Source: Nemertoderma westbladi
Taxonomy: Eukaryota; Animalia; Xenacoelomorpha
Direction of reading: 5' to 3'
NCBI GenBank assembly: GCA_032718475.1
Contig: JAUCBJ010008950.1
Location: forward strand, 1 to 52,867
Length of the DNA stretch: 52,867 nt
Shown in pieces: positions 13,441-25,328 of this stretch. The notes under the pieces are model-generated. The model saw nothing but the letters and a program-made list of their open reading frames with translations. It made no database searches and was not told the origin of the DNA. The first letter of the stretch is position 1. Every line of letters begins with the position of its first letter. The position numbers and the translations under genes are program-made.

Positions 13441-14864
13441 CATAGTTCCCATCTCAGTTGGTAGACTGGGCTGTCCGGTTTCAAGGTCTTGCCCACACTG
13501 AGTTGTTCCCACTCATCGGGGAAACTTTCTCTCTGGACATATCCAACAATACACTTCTCCACGATAATGAGTTCTTGTATACTCCATTGAACTATCGGCT
13601 TGTTGTCTTTCCACCGTAGGAAGTTGCGAAGGGTTATAACGTGGTGGATGAGACGTCTCATTGATGAAGTTCGCTCGATCAACAGGTGTAAAGATGCCGC
13701 TGGTTGAGTGATAGTCGCGACGTTATAGTGCCTGCCCGAGTCCTTTGCTGCAGGCTCGGTCAGACAACTATAGATTTCCACTACGTTGCTTCTATGGACT
13801 TTACGGATCTCCTTGTCATCCTCGGAGTATTTTCCGCTATCGAGTTCGGGATCGAATCGGGTACTCCATGTTAATTGTGGCTGCTGTAGGAATTCCGGGC
13901 CTGTAAGCCAGAGTTTACTTTTACCGAGTTGTTTTGGGGTGGCGCCTCGGCTCGATAAGTCCGCTGGATTTTCTTTCCCGTTCACGTGGTGCCACTGTTC
14001 TCGGCCGGTGCACTGTTTTATCTCCGTGGCTCGGTTCGCTACAAACGTGGTGTGACGCCGTGATGGAGAGTGGAGATAGTAGAGAACGATACTCGAATCG
14101 ACCCAGAAGTGTTGAGATTCGATGGGGATTCGTATGTTCCGCATGACCATGCGGTTTTGTCTCACTGCCCAAACTGCGGCCTGTAGCTCAAGTCTCGGAA
14201 TCGTTGCCACGAATTCCCCGGATACTGTCTTAGCTTTAGAAAATAAGAAGCTCGTATCGCCGTTTCCATCATTACTTAGTCTTCTTAAGAAAGTGACTAC
14301 GCCGATTCCGGTATTCGAAGCATCCGAGAAGGTATGTAGCTGGAAGATATTGGTGGGTAGTTTATCGAGGAAGAATGGTTGAGGAATCCGCATAAGATGT
14401 AGGTGTTCGAGCTTTTCCGTCCAATTTCTCCATTTGACACTAAGGTGTGGGGGGAGTTCTTCATCCCATCCCAGTCCTTCTAACCACATTTTCTTAATCA
14501 GATTCATTCCGGCCAAGGTTACCGGAGATATGAGATTTAGTGGGTCGAATATTGCACTTTTTATTGACAAACATCCCCTTTTCGTCATAGGCTTGGGTAG
14601 GGGGTTATATTTGAAAATGAATTCATCTGATTCTATGTCCCATTCAATGCCGAGTACACGGTGTTCCACATCCTCGGAATACATTTTATTATTGTCCAGT
14701 CGGATTTCTTCCGGAAACCTTTCCATAAGTTTTTTGTCGTGGGATCTGAACTTCACGAGAGGAAAACCTCCTTTCTTTACACATTCCACCATCCCCATTG
14801 CTAGCTGATATGCCTCGTCAACATTATCCGCGCCGGCGCATCCGTCGTCCACGTAGAAGCATCA
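13440..14864 (-). pseudogene. pol: BEL RT C-terminus and RNase H (Pao 'peptidase A17' region)
   Basis: FYVDD, VLGIEWD, FDPL, HTFSDAS, TIPRLELQAA, WVDS, NPADLSSRG motifs. Confidence 0.95.
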
Positions 14865-16919
14865 TCGGATGGTTTCTATAACGGTTGGAGGGAACTCGTT
14901 TTCGCACATAGTTGCCATTTTCTTCAGCATGTCACTACATGCTACCGGCGAGTCCTTAGCGCCGAAGATCCTGACGATCATGCGCATTCCGTCTACATCC
15001 TTCAATGTAAGTTGACTAATCTCCTGGGGAGTTAATGTTTTATCCGTCCATAATATACACAGACAGTCTGAGTCTCTTGGTAGCGTACGGACCTGGTGAA
15101 ACATCGCTTTGATGTCGCAGGTGAATGCTATCCGGTTTTCCCTGAACCTGATCAACACGCCGATTAGTGTACTGTATATGTTGGGCCCCGTGTAAAGCTG
15201 GCTGTTCAGGGATTCGCCTTGATACATAGCGGCGGCGTCATTGACTACTCGGATTTTACCACCCTTCTGGGCTTCTACCACATAGTGGGTTGGGAGATAA
15301 TATGTTCTTTTACCCCCTTGCAGTTCATTCCGGGGTACCATTTCTGCTAATCCATCTTCGAGGTATCCCTTGATTACATTATTATATTTCTCCTTTATCT
15401 CGGGTTGGTCATTCAGCTGGCGTAGGATCCCTTTAAGTCGCCTAAGGGCCATGTTGGCGTTATTCGCCATTGGTTTATTTGGGTCCTTCCATAACATGGG
15501 TGAACACCAGTGTCCGTCTTTGAACGTGGCCTGATCAAGGACGTCAATACAATATTGATCCTCCTCGGACGGGTTTTCGTCCTTTTCAGCAAACTTTTGG
15601 GTCTCTAGATTAACGTATTTAGTCATCTCCTGCTGGGTTTTCTTGGTCTCAAGAAACAAATCCTCGTCAAGGTCTGTAGCTGAACAATAACCCATGGAGG
15701 TTGCATTCTCTTTAATCTGACATTTCGGAAGGTATGTATAGGTATCTGTAGTCTCTTCCTTGATGCCGCAGAGTGTCCATCCCATGATTGTTCGTTCAGC
15801 GTAAAAGCCGTCATCCTGCTTTATAGATCGGGCGACGTCTCCAGTGGGTATGTGTAATTCCGGTGTGTCAAGTCCGATCAGTAGGGTGATGCGGTTTACA
15901 TCCAACGGCGGGCACCTTAGGTCTACATCTTCTCGGTCCAACTGTATGAGGGGGGCGTACTCATCTGATTGTCGGAACCGCACTCGGAGATCTGTGTGTA
16001 CCAAGGCGTTCTTGATGGTCAGCTTAACCGTCTCATAGCCCTTCATTACTCCTTCCATCTGGAGCTGCACCTCCCCGGATTCTACTTCTCTGTGATCGGT
16101 GATAGTTTGTATGGGCCGTTTGCAAGGTTCATAGTCTAGGCCGAGTTGCTCGAGGAAATCCCGGTCGATAATGGTTCCGTCCGACCCGTTATCAAGGAAC
16201 GCGAGCATTGTCAAGGATTTCCCAACCCCTTGAATTCTTACTGGGATTACTTTGGCGAAGACCATATAATGGCGATTTATAAGGTTGATCGTGGCTGAGA
16301 TATTTGTCACTTGTGATGCATCAGTGGAGGTTTTAAACGGGTTGGTTTCTCTCCGTTGGGTCGTCCGGGTTCCTTTAGAAACGTGGTTCGTTTCTCCTCT
16401 TCGTTTGGCTTCAATCCGAAAGGGGAGGGTGGTGAAGTCAAAGTTCGCGGGGATGTGGAGGAGTGTGTGATGACGTAGGTCATTACAGACTGCACAGCAT
16501 GATCTTTGGTTGCAGTCCCGAACATAGTGACCTGTTCCAAGACACCGGAAGCATCCTCGGTGTTTCATTATCGCCTCGAAGCGTGGGACGAGTTCGGCGA
16601 ACTGGAACTTCCTGCAGAATTCCACTTTATGTTTCTCTCCGCAGAAGAGACAGAGAAGGGAGTTTGTGATGCATTCCCTTTCGGGTGCCCAATTCGCAAG
16701 ATAACACGCCCATTCCTCGGCTGATGTCGGTTCCTTGTAGTCTTCGTCATCGGCCATGGTGATAGCCATCGTACTCACCGGAGGGGGACGGAATCTCGGT
16801 TTCTGAGTGGGTGTCTTACTCCTGGAGTTGCTCTCTATTCCATCTAATTTGGCGAGACTTTGTTTTGAGAACATCGAGTCATTCATGGCTTCGGAGATAT
16901 CGTCCAGGAATGCCGACAT
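14862..16919 (-). CDS. pol: BEL gag zinc knuckles, aspartic protease and RT N-terminus
   Basis: CLFC..H..C, CFRCLGTGH..C, CAVC..HHTLLH; FLDNGS; YYLPTH, KIRVVNDAA, DIKAMFHQV, IFGA. In frame with the YVDD segment across one stop. Confidence 0.95.
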   Translation of the reverse strand: MSAFLDDISEAMNDSMFSKQSLAKLDGIESNSRSKTPTQKPRFRPPPVSTMAITMADDEDYKEPTSAEEWACYLANWAPERECITNSLLCLFCGEKHKVEFCRKFQFAELVPRFEAIMKHRGCFRCLGTGHYVRDCNQRSCCAVCNDLRHHTLLHIPANFDFTTLPFRIEAKRRGETNHVSKGTRTTQRRETNPFKTSTDASQVTNISATINLINRHYMVFAKVIPVRIQGVGKSLTMLAFLDNGSDGTIIDRDFLEQLGLDYEPCKRPIQTITDHREVESGEVQLQMEGVMKGYETVKLTIKNALVHTDLRVRFRQSDEYAPLIQLDREDVDLRCPPLDVNRITLLIGLDTPELHIPTGDVARSIKQDDGFYAERTIMGWTLCGIKEETTDTYTYLPKCQIKENATSMGYCSATDLDEDLFLETKKTQQEMTKYVNLETQKFAEKDENPSEEDQYCIDVLDQATFKDGHWCSPMLWKDPNKPMANNANMALRRLKGILRQLNDQPEIKEKYNNVIKGYLEDGLAEMVPRNELQGGKRTYYLPTHYVVEAQKGGKIRVVNDAAAMYQGESLNSQLYTGPNIYSTLIGVLIRFRENRIAFTCDIKAMFHQVRTLPRDSDCLCILWTDKTLTPQEISQLTLKDVDGMRMIVRIFGAKDSPVACSDMLKKMATMCENEFPPTVIETIR

Positions 16920-18947
16920 TTCGAGGAAACTGGGATCTCGATCTGGGTGTCTGCGCCGGAGATCTACGCATTTATAGGCCCACTTACTTTGCAGCCATCC
17001 GGGAAACTTTCGGGCTTCTGTCGGAGGTTTAGAATGTTGTTTACTTGTTCCTCCTTATTTAATGGTTTTAGAGTGTAGTAGGCGTCCTTCATGGAATCTG
17101 AGAATTCCTGGATATTCTGTGGGTCCCCTAGGGATCCCGCGTCCTGTATCAGTTTCTCGAGAGTTTTATTAATTATAGTCCCGATATTTCCGTATCTTTT
17201 ATCTAGAGTTTTCCATGAGTCATAGTATGCCCATGAGCTCCTCCCTCAAAACATGCGATAATCCGGCGTGGTTTGTCGCCCAGGTATTGTGATAAATATA
17301 CTAGTTTTTGTGCGTCGGCTATGTCCGTTGACCCAATCTGCGCGAAAAACCGTTTCTTGAATCTGAGGTAATCGACTGGGTCTCCTTCGAAGGTGCGGAT
17401 CTCCATCTTGGGCATGGCCAGTCGGTTCTCTAATGCCCGGATAAGGCCAACGTCGTCTGAACCGGAGGGACTAGGAGGGTTATAGTTATTGGCACTCTCT
17501 CCCATACACGATGGATCGATGATAGGTGGAGTTTTAATGATGACGCGGCTACGGGTTTGCGGTGTGGATGTAAACGGGTTGTTGGATCGGGGAGTGGCGA
17601 CCCGTTCCGAGTCCCTTTCAGGCTCGTACTTGGGAATGCTCGGGACCGTGGGTTTGGCTGGGATTAAGGTTCCTCATTCTTAAGCGTAACCGGTGGGGGA
17701 TGGAATACCGGTGCTTGTGCCGATAACGTAGACTGTATGGTAGGTGGGAACTCGGGTTTCGGAGGTTTCACCGCCGGTGTCATTAATGACTTCTCTAATT
17801 ATAGTTCATAGTTCTGATCTATACCCCTTTCCCAGTCCTCGTATATTTGAATATCTCGTTCTATAAGCGCGGCTTCGTATTCCGCGAGTTTCGCAATATC
17901 CGCATTCTTTTTGTGGATGAGAATCGCTTGGGCCTCGGCGTGTTGTTTACGCATTTCTGCCTCCCATTTACGTTGTTCGACCTCCTGTTTGGCCTCACGT
18001 TCGCGTTGTTTGGCCTGCCGTTCGGCCTCTTGTTTGGCCTCTCGTCTACGTTGTTCATCCTCTCGTTCGCGTTGTTCGGCCTCCCGTTCGCGTTGTTCGG
18101 CCTGCCGTTCGGCCTCTTGTTTGGCCTCTCATCTACATTGTTCATCCTCTCGTTCGCGTTGTTTGGCCTCCCGTTCACGTTGTTCGGCCTGCCGTTCGGC
18201 CTCTTGTTTGGCCTCTCGTCTACGTTGTTCAGCCTCCTGTTCGCGTTGTTCGGCCTGCCGTTCGGCCTCTTGTCTATGCTTTTCGGCCTCCTGTTCGGCC
18301 TCTCGTTTTTGCATTTCGGCTGCTAATATATCTTGCTCGACTTGCAGTTGAACATACTCATCTTCCATCCGAGGTTTGAGGGCTAATGCCTTCTGTTCTT
18401 GTAGCTGATCTCGGAGTGGCTGACCTCCTTGAGAACTGCGTGCCAAACCGGACCTCTCGCTCCTAGCGCTGGAATGCTGGTTCCTAGAGGACCCCGTTCT
18501 CTTTCGATGAATTGCTGTCCTGGTGCTGGAGGTTCGCACTGATTCTGAGTCTGTTCTTTCCGCTCTTTTATAGTACTGTTCTTCGTAGCCTCTAACGAGG
18601 CTGAGGGTTCTCCGGTGTTGTTTGCGGAATTCATCTAGATGTACAACATGTTCCTCTAATCTGGGGTAGTTTACCTGATCGGTGGCGGGAATGAGTTCTT
18701 GATACGCCTGTATCATCCTCTCATATCGTTGTAAGATACTTCGGATATTCTGAAGCTGAGTTTGTATCTCGTTGAGGGGAGTTTCGACTCTCTTGAGTTG
18801 TTTCTCTATACGTTGATACGCTCGAGTGACTCCGCCTTTGAGAGCGCCTAGTCGACGGGTCATGTTCTTGACATTCGGTACCTCGTCGGCTTCTGAGTCT
18901 GTGTGGGTGTCCATCTCGTCGGTGTCGGAGACGTTGTTTGTCGTCAT
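16920..18947 (-). pseudogene. gag: BEL gag N-terminal part with coiled-coil repeat, disrupted
   Basis: ORF pieces 18129-18947 and 17203-17505 (FEGDPVDY...KLVYLSQYL); (EAKQEAERQAEQRER)n repeat; collinear with 29175-30995. Confidence 0.9.
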
Positions 18948-19135
18948 TCTTGCGCCTCGTTGATAGCTAGATATGCGATGTCGTAAAATAGTTCTTCGTA
19001 GCTCTCGTACTCGGCTTGGACTACCCGAACGGTAATCCTGAATCGTCCGACGTTCGTTCCTTGTACTTCAACCTCGATGTGCCAGATTCCTGGCTCAACT
19101 TGGATTATGTCAATAGGTGTGATCGATACTTCCAT
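18944..19135 (-). CDS. 63-aa upstream ORF overlapping the gag start (ATGA)
   Basis: Open frame whose TGA overlaps the gag ATG. The 3' half, frame and overlap are retained in copy B (29080-29178). Confidence 0.35.
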   Translation of the reverse strand: MEVSITPIDIIQVEPGIWHIEVEVQGTNVGRFRITVRVVQAEYESYEELFYDIAYLAINEAQE

Positions 19136-19330
19136 TCCCTGTTAACGACTCTCTTATATGTGATCTGCCGACTATGAGTTTTATATCGAGTTTGTCTATT
19201 GATTAAACCACGGCTTTGTCTTAACTCAAATACCAGAGTTTCCTCATAGTGGGTGCTGGGTAAGCACAGAGAGAGTTTGAAGAGTATTGTAGGATTCCCA
19301 ACTTCCACCAGTTGAAGTTGGCCCCAATTT

Positions 19331-20818
19331 TGTTGCCGTTATTCCCGACACCATGGGGGAAAATGCCGATGCTGGAGGCGGAACTTTGCAGACCACGGAA
19401 TCCCGGCCAGTTTGATTGTGGAGAAGGAATACGTTCTTAAATGCAAGATTGCGGTTGAGGAAAAGCTGCATTGGTTGGATATACTCTTTAATGTAACTTC
19501 CCTACAGTTGAACGTTGATTGAGAATAAATTGGGCTTCCCCAAATCAATATACACCAAATATTCACAATAATAATACAGACAATATAAATCCCTACAGTA
19601 TATTATTTAATTACCCACTGTTCGCTCAGATTTGGGTCCGCTAACTAATGTTCCCCAGATTTTCCCTCGGTCCTAGTCTTGGTGCCGTAGTGTCGGTGTC
19701 GGTCGACCCTGTTGCGTGTCCGAACCACCCCTCCCGAACCCCGAAGGGATCGATCATCGAGAACCAGTACAGCTTGGCTAAGGGTTGGTCCAGTCGGTAG
19801 ATTCTGTCGCGTATCCATACCACCCCTCCCGAACCCCGAAGGGATCAGTCATCAAGAACCAGTACGGCTTGGCTAGGAGTCTGTCATGTCGGTGGACCCG
19901 TTCGCGTGTCCGTCCCACCCCTCCCGAACCCCGAAGGGTTTGATCATCGAGAACCAGTACGGCTTGGCTAGGGGTCCATCGGCTCATCGCAGAGACCCAA
20001 CCACCTAGGCTTTCCGAGTCCTTATTGAGGCTCGTAGTCGCTTCGGCAGCCGAGAAACTGCTCCGAACAGTTGGTAGGCCAGTAGAGTCCAGTTCTTTTG
20101 TCTTTCGACCCCGTTGCGTGTCCATCCCACCCCTCACGAACCCCGAAGGGATGGATCATCGAGAACCAGTACGGCTTGGCTAAGGGGTCTGTAGTCGGTT
20201 CCCGTCGCAAATCCCTGGCACAAGCAGCAGACTTTCCGATGTCCTTTTCAGGCTCGTAATAACTGCTGTTGACCAGAGACCGCTAAGGGCAGTCCTCATC
20301 AAACCCTTCCTCTGTTAGTCAGTCGACCCTTTCACATGTCCATCCCACCCCTCACGAACCCCGAAGGGAACGATCATCGAGAACCAGTACGGCTTGGCTA
20401 CGGGGTCTGTCATCGTTTCCCGTCGCAAATCCCTGACACAAGCAGCGTACTTTCCGATGTCCTTTTCAGGCTCGTAATAAGTGCTGTTGGCCAGGGACCG
20501 CTAAGGGCAGTCCTTGTCCTTTAGACCAAGCGAGTTACCAAATCCACCTCTACAGGCAGCAGGAAGTTGGCTAGGCCTAATAGTAATCAGGTAAACCTGA
20601 ATACTGCTTAACTTTTCCTTCCCCCCTGGCCCTTATATAGATGAAATGAGTCACGTACCCTGTAAGTCGCCCCAATATTCGCCCATAAATCGCCCCCAGT
20701 TCATTGAGTGTGCCCAAAACCCATGTTCCCGCACCCAGTAGTGATATCGGAATAATCATTTCAAATAAATCCAGAAAATATTCAACTCGCGTTATGAAAA
20801 GTTGAAATACCGCGAACA
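19331..20818 (-). repeat. 5' LTR of BEL copy A (TG...CA, ~1.49 kb) with 5 internal hairpin repeats
   Basis: Begins TGTTCGCGGTATTTCAAC and ends AACGGCAACA on minus, as do 27984-29040 and 37345-40248. Confidence 0.95.
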
Positions 20819-21815
20819 ACATGTATTGATGCCTTTAGCCGGCTTGCTTTTGCCTACGGTATGAAAACAAAAACAGGTATTGAAATTATTAGTATATTGC
20901 AAAAAATATTCCAGAAAGGTAAACCATACAGAATCGTGACTGATCAAGGATCTGAGTTTCTAAATAAATCTGTGAGGAAATATTTAGATACTATTGGAGT
21001 ACGGTATTACGTAATGTACTCTGTGAATAAGGCGGCTATTGTCGAGAGATTCAATAGAACATTAAAAACAAAAATGATCAAAATTTTCACGCAACGTGGG
21101 AATAATGTTTGGATAAAAATTTTACTGAAGCTTATTTTCGCTTATAATAGGTCATTTCATAGGACTATACAAATGACGCCCATTGAAGTTAATAAATTTT
21201 ATAAAACTGAATTAATTAATAGCAAAAACAAAGCAAACAGTCGGCCGAAGCCGGAGGCGACCCGAAGGCTCCTCTTTCGATAGCTGCTACCGGAGGGTAG
21301 GGGTGGACGCTACTCCTATCCCAAGATTTGCTCCCAGTTATTTAACTGGTACTCATTTTATCGACCCAGTGGATGAAAGGCTGAGTGGACCCTGGCGGGG
21401 CTGAACCTACAACCATTAGATTGCAGGCCCGGCGCTCAACCAACTGAGCTACCCCGCCTTAATTAATAGATTATATGGGAAATATAGACAGATTAATCAC
21501 AAGAAAATAAAATTTCAAGTTGGAGATACAGTACGATTATCTATTGCTTGTACTGCTTTTGCTAAAGGTTATTCATCGGGTCAGATTGGATAGAGTACCA
21601 GCGGTAATGTTTGATATTAAGGACAGCGCTGGTGCTATAATAAATGGTTCATTTTATTCATACGAACTCCAAAAGGTCCACCCGAGTAGTAATATTTATC
21701 TTCCGATTGACAAAAATATTGGCAAACTTAAAGAACGTGTGCGCAATGGGAAAAAAGAATATTTAGTCAGATTCATTGGGTCTCGGAAACAGTCCTGGGT
21801 ACAGCATATTAAATA
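20819..21815 (+). pseudogene. Maverick rve integrase with C-terminal chromodomain, split by a SINE
   Basis: TCIDAFSRLAFA, IVTDQGSEF, KAAIVERFNRTLK, YNRSFHRTIQMTP. After SINE removal the frame continues KFQVGDTVRLS..FAKGY; then a shifted frame gives GSFYSYELQKV and KEYLVRFIG..SWV. Natural stop is restored at 25337-25339 when the LINE is removed. Confidence 0.93.
21223..21458 (-). mobile_element. tRNA-derived SINE, 236 bp, with 11-bp TSD
   Basis: Minus strand GGCGGGGTAGCTCAGTTGG...GGTTCAGCCCCGCCA tRNA head; core ACTCAGCCTTTCATCC..GGTCGATAAAATGAGTACC. TSD TTAATTAATAG at 21212-21222 and 21459-21469. Confidence 0.9.
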
Positions 21816-24800
21816 CTACTACTACTACTACTAGGACGAGCGAACTCGGACAGTGGAAATGAGATCCTTCCAGGCTTCCCGATTCTCCATAGTTGTCGCA
21901 ATTTCGTTTCTCCCAAGTTCAGTATCCCTTTCAAGTTGATCTATATATGTTATGGCAGGTCGTCCACGACTATGCTTTCCAGGAGTTGGTTGCCAGAGAA
22001 GTAGATCTGGTATGACCTCGTCTTTACTTCGCCAGCAGTGCCCACTGAATCTTAATCTGCGTTCACGGAGGGTGGTTGATACAGGTGGTATTGTACCATA
22101 AAGCTCGGCATTTGTCATGTGTTGTCTCCAGCTGATGTTTAGGGCTGCCCTTAGTAGTTTTGTGTAGCAACCATCAATTCGTTGTTCAAGTGATTTAGTC
22201 AGTGTCCAGGTCTCACCCCCGTATAAAAATACACTTTCCACTATGGCTCGAAAGAACTTAGTCTTCAGGTGCCTGGAGAGATCTGATTTCCAGATGGTAT
22301 CCATTTTTGATAGAGCTACCCAAGCCTTTGCTTCCATGATCCAAGGTACTGGAAGTCATCGACCTTCCTTAGTTGATTATTATCAATGGTTGTCAAGTTT
22401 CCATCAACATTAAAGGTCATGAATTCGGTCTTGGTAGCATTTATATACAATCCAACCTCCTTAGCAGCCCTCTCCACTTTATTTAGTAGAAGCTGTGCAT
22501 CTGCTAGCGTATTAGAGAGCAGGGCGATGTCATCCGCAAAGTCGGTGTCTGTGACTGTAGTTGCTGGATATCTACTACTTCTGCGTTCTTGAAGTGTGAA
22601 TCCCAGATCTTCACCCTTTGTGGCCGTCCTCATTGCGTAATCCAGCACAATTACAAATAGTAATGGTGCTAATGTGTCACTTTGCAGTACGCCAGCCAGG
22701 ATTGAGAAAAACTCAGTTTCACCATCTGGTGAGAGTAGCTGCGCTTCTGTGTCACAATATAACAATCCAATGCCAGCAACAATTACTTCTGGTATTCCAT
22801 AAGCTCTTAGGATTTCAAGCATTTTACCTCTATGGATGGAGTCGAATGCCTTCTTGAAGTCCACAAAAGTCATGACTGCGGGGAGATTCTTTGACTTAAT
22901 TCCTTCAATCAGTCTCCGTAGTGCAAGTATCTGAGCTATTGTTGATCTACTTGGTCGAAATCCGTTTTGGCTCTTACGCAGTAGTTTCTCTATGTGAGGC
23001 CTAATCCTATATAAAATCATTTTATTGTATATTTTGGCAGCTACCACAAGCAGACAGATCCCACGATAGTTTGTTGGTATGCCGAGGTCTCCTTTCTTGG
23101 GGAGAGGCTTTAGTTGACCTTTAGTCCAAATTGGTGGTGGCTTTTCCCCTTTTAACATCCGGTTGCAAACATTCAATAATGGTCTATTTAGCACTCCAGT
23201 TTTCCATACCTCCGCTGGGATTTCATCTAATCCACTCGCTTTATTATTGGACATGCTTTTAATGCTTCTTTGGAGTTCGGCAGGTGTGAAGTCCCCTGTT
23301 TCTATAGGCCTATGTCTTGTCATATATTTTCCTTGTAGGGCTGACCTCGATGTTTGGTGGCTGCCCAAGCAAGTTGCTGAAATGATTTTTCCACTTCCCA
23401 ACACGTTCTTCAGGACTATCGGCTTTGAGGCGCCCCTTTGCACAACTTTTCCGACCAGATACCTCATTTACAGTTTGCCAGGTAAGTCTTGATTGGTGCT
23501 GTATGTGAGCAGTTGTTATTGCTTCAGTTTTATCCTGTATGTACTTTTCCTGGCTGATGTTGTAGGCCAATTTAAGATCGTCCTTAGCTTTCTCAACCTT
23601 GTTAATATTTTCGGTTGTTGGTTGTTCGGTTTTAACTTTGTAGGCTATCTTAAGATCCTCTCTCTTACAAGTAACCTCAGAGTTTTGCCATGGCACATAC
23701 TGTTTTCGTTTCGGTTTCTGGGGGATATGCCTCTTAGCTGATTTCTTGTGGGCTGTTATTATATTCTGGTATATTGAATCAGTGGATTGGTCTTCATCCA
23801 TTGACTGAAGTGCTTCAAAGCGGTTTTGAACTTCTACTGTATAAGCATCCCTTACAGCATTGTCAGTTCTGAGTTTCTCCCAGTCATAGTTGATTTGCTT
23901 GCTTGTCCTGGGTTTGCTGGCTCTCAAACTGAGTCTGATCTCTGCAGTGACAATTCTGTGGTCCGAACCAATTAGGTTGAACGAGCTGTATGCCTCGCAG
24001 TTGATCATGCTATTTCTCCACTTTTTGTTTATAAGGATGTAATCCAGTTGTGCTTTGGTTCCATTAGGGTATTGAAAGGTCCATAGCTTCCCCTTACTCT
24101 TTTCGAATGTGTTGTTTGTTGGTATCAATTCACATTCTTCCATTAGGTCTAAAAGTAAGTACCCATTTCTGTTAGAACTGGTGTTATAGGTGTAACCCTT
24201 GATGTCTTCTGGGCCAATTTGCGCATTCAGGTCACCAGCAATGACTTTAACATTGTGTTTCAGGATGTCCTTAATAAGTCCAGTCAGTTCTTCATAAAAC
24301 TTGACTGCTTGTTCTGGCTCTGATGCATTGGTTGGACTGTAGCAACATATAACTGTTGTCTTGGGATTCCCATCAAATGTTGCGATCATAACCCTGGAAT
24401 TTATAGATTCGATGTTGTTTAGGGTCTTAAGTGCAAATGGGCTTAGCAGAATTCCTACTCCACCAATTGATGCATTGGACGAGTTTCTTACTGCTGAGCT
24501 TGTTACTAACGTCCATCCATTTCCAATGTCATTGTACTTCATGGCAGTGTCTTCATGACAAATCCGATGTTCTTGGATGCAGATGATGTCGATGTTATAT
24601 TCCATTGCCAGAGCGACCATGTCACCCTGTTTGCTCTGTGCTTTCAACGTGCGTGCGTTCATTGTAGCAATCTTTAGTGTCTTTTTACATTTCAACAGGT
24701 TGGTTCTTCTTTCTTCTCTGTCTTCTGTTCCAGTAGCCAATTTATCGACCCCAGCCTGGTGTACCACTGAGGGACGCGGTCCTTGTTGACCCGGGCGACG

Positions 24801-25328
24801 ACCGAGCTGGTATTTCTCCTGGAGGGTTCTCATACTCATATCTTTCAGTTGCGGGAGTAAACCGCTTGTGGTCGCAACTCCTACAAGCGTCTTCGCAGTA
24901 GGTCGCCGTTGGTTGATTACCTTCCGCCGACCTTGTCAGCATGTCTAGCCGTTGGTTGATTACCTTCCGCCTATCCATGGCCTACAGCCCTGCTGCCGAC
25001 TGTAGGGGTCCTTTTGTTACACCCTGAACCAAGTGTGCCTCCTGGGTTAGGTTACCTAACACTGGTAGAGGAGCATCCAGTATAGACATGGCGGGGCTTG
25101 TATCATCTCTAATGCAGATGCGTATCAAGCCTTTGCCTTCAATGGTGCCCTAGGCGCTATAGCCCTCAATGACTTATTTAGTTGACGGGGCTGAACCAAC
25201 CCACTCTTGATCAACTAAATAATGAATAGGCTATGCTTATCGGGCCTGCCCTACTGGGCTGACAGCTACAGGTAGTACCACATTACTGCCATAGTGGTAG
25301 CAGGATCTGGGGACCTGACCTGACCTGA
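21816..25328 (-). mobile_element. Full-length RTE-type LINE (~3.5 kb) with (TAG)n tail and 10-bp TSD
   Basis: TSD ATATTAAATA at 21806-21815 and 25329-25338; (TAG)n tail at 21816-21833; single APE+RT coding region with no ORF1. Confidence 0.95.
21831..24839 (-). pseudogene. LINE APE endonuclease + reverse transcriptase, two frameshifts
   Basis: ATMNART, CIQEHR, GDLNA, QLDYIL, SDH; NYRGI, QNGFR, VDFKKAFDS, GVLQSDTLAP, FADDIAL, FQYLGS across ORFs 23310-24839, 22316-23467 and 21831-22337. Confidence 0.95.

Larger units (their letters stand above)
12765..20818 (-). mobile_element. BEL/Pao LTR retrotransposon copy A (5' LTR + gag-pol, 3' end lost), abutting the Maverick integrase
   Basis: LTR 19331-20818 matches both LTRs of copy B. 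Domain order gag-PR-RT-RH-IN; triple Cys/His gag knuckles; truncated inside integrase at HMSGV. Confidence 0.95.

Noticed and set aside
17847-18351. Hydrophobic or Ser/Arg/Cys-rich ORFs here and at 4869-5583 and 29771-30143
   Set aside because: Antisense or alternate-frame shadows of gag coiled-coil repeats.
19700-20420. CRISPR-like repeat/spacer appearance of the LTR modules
   Set aside because: Repeats are ~65 nt, linkers are homologous to each other and irregular in length, the context is a eukaryotic LTR, and there are no cas genes.
21390-21458. Functional tRNA gene
   Set aside because: It is the head of a TSD-flanked SINE; the T-loop and anticodon arm are imperfect.
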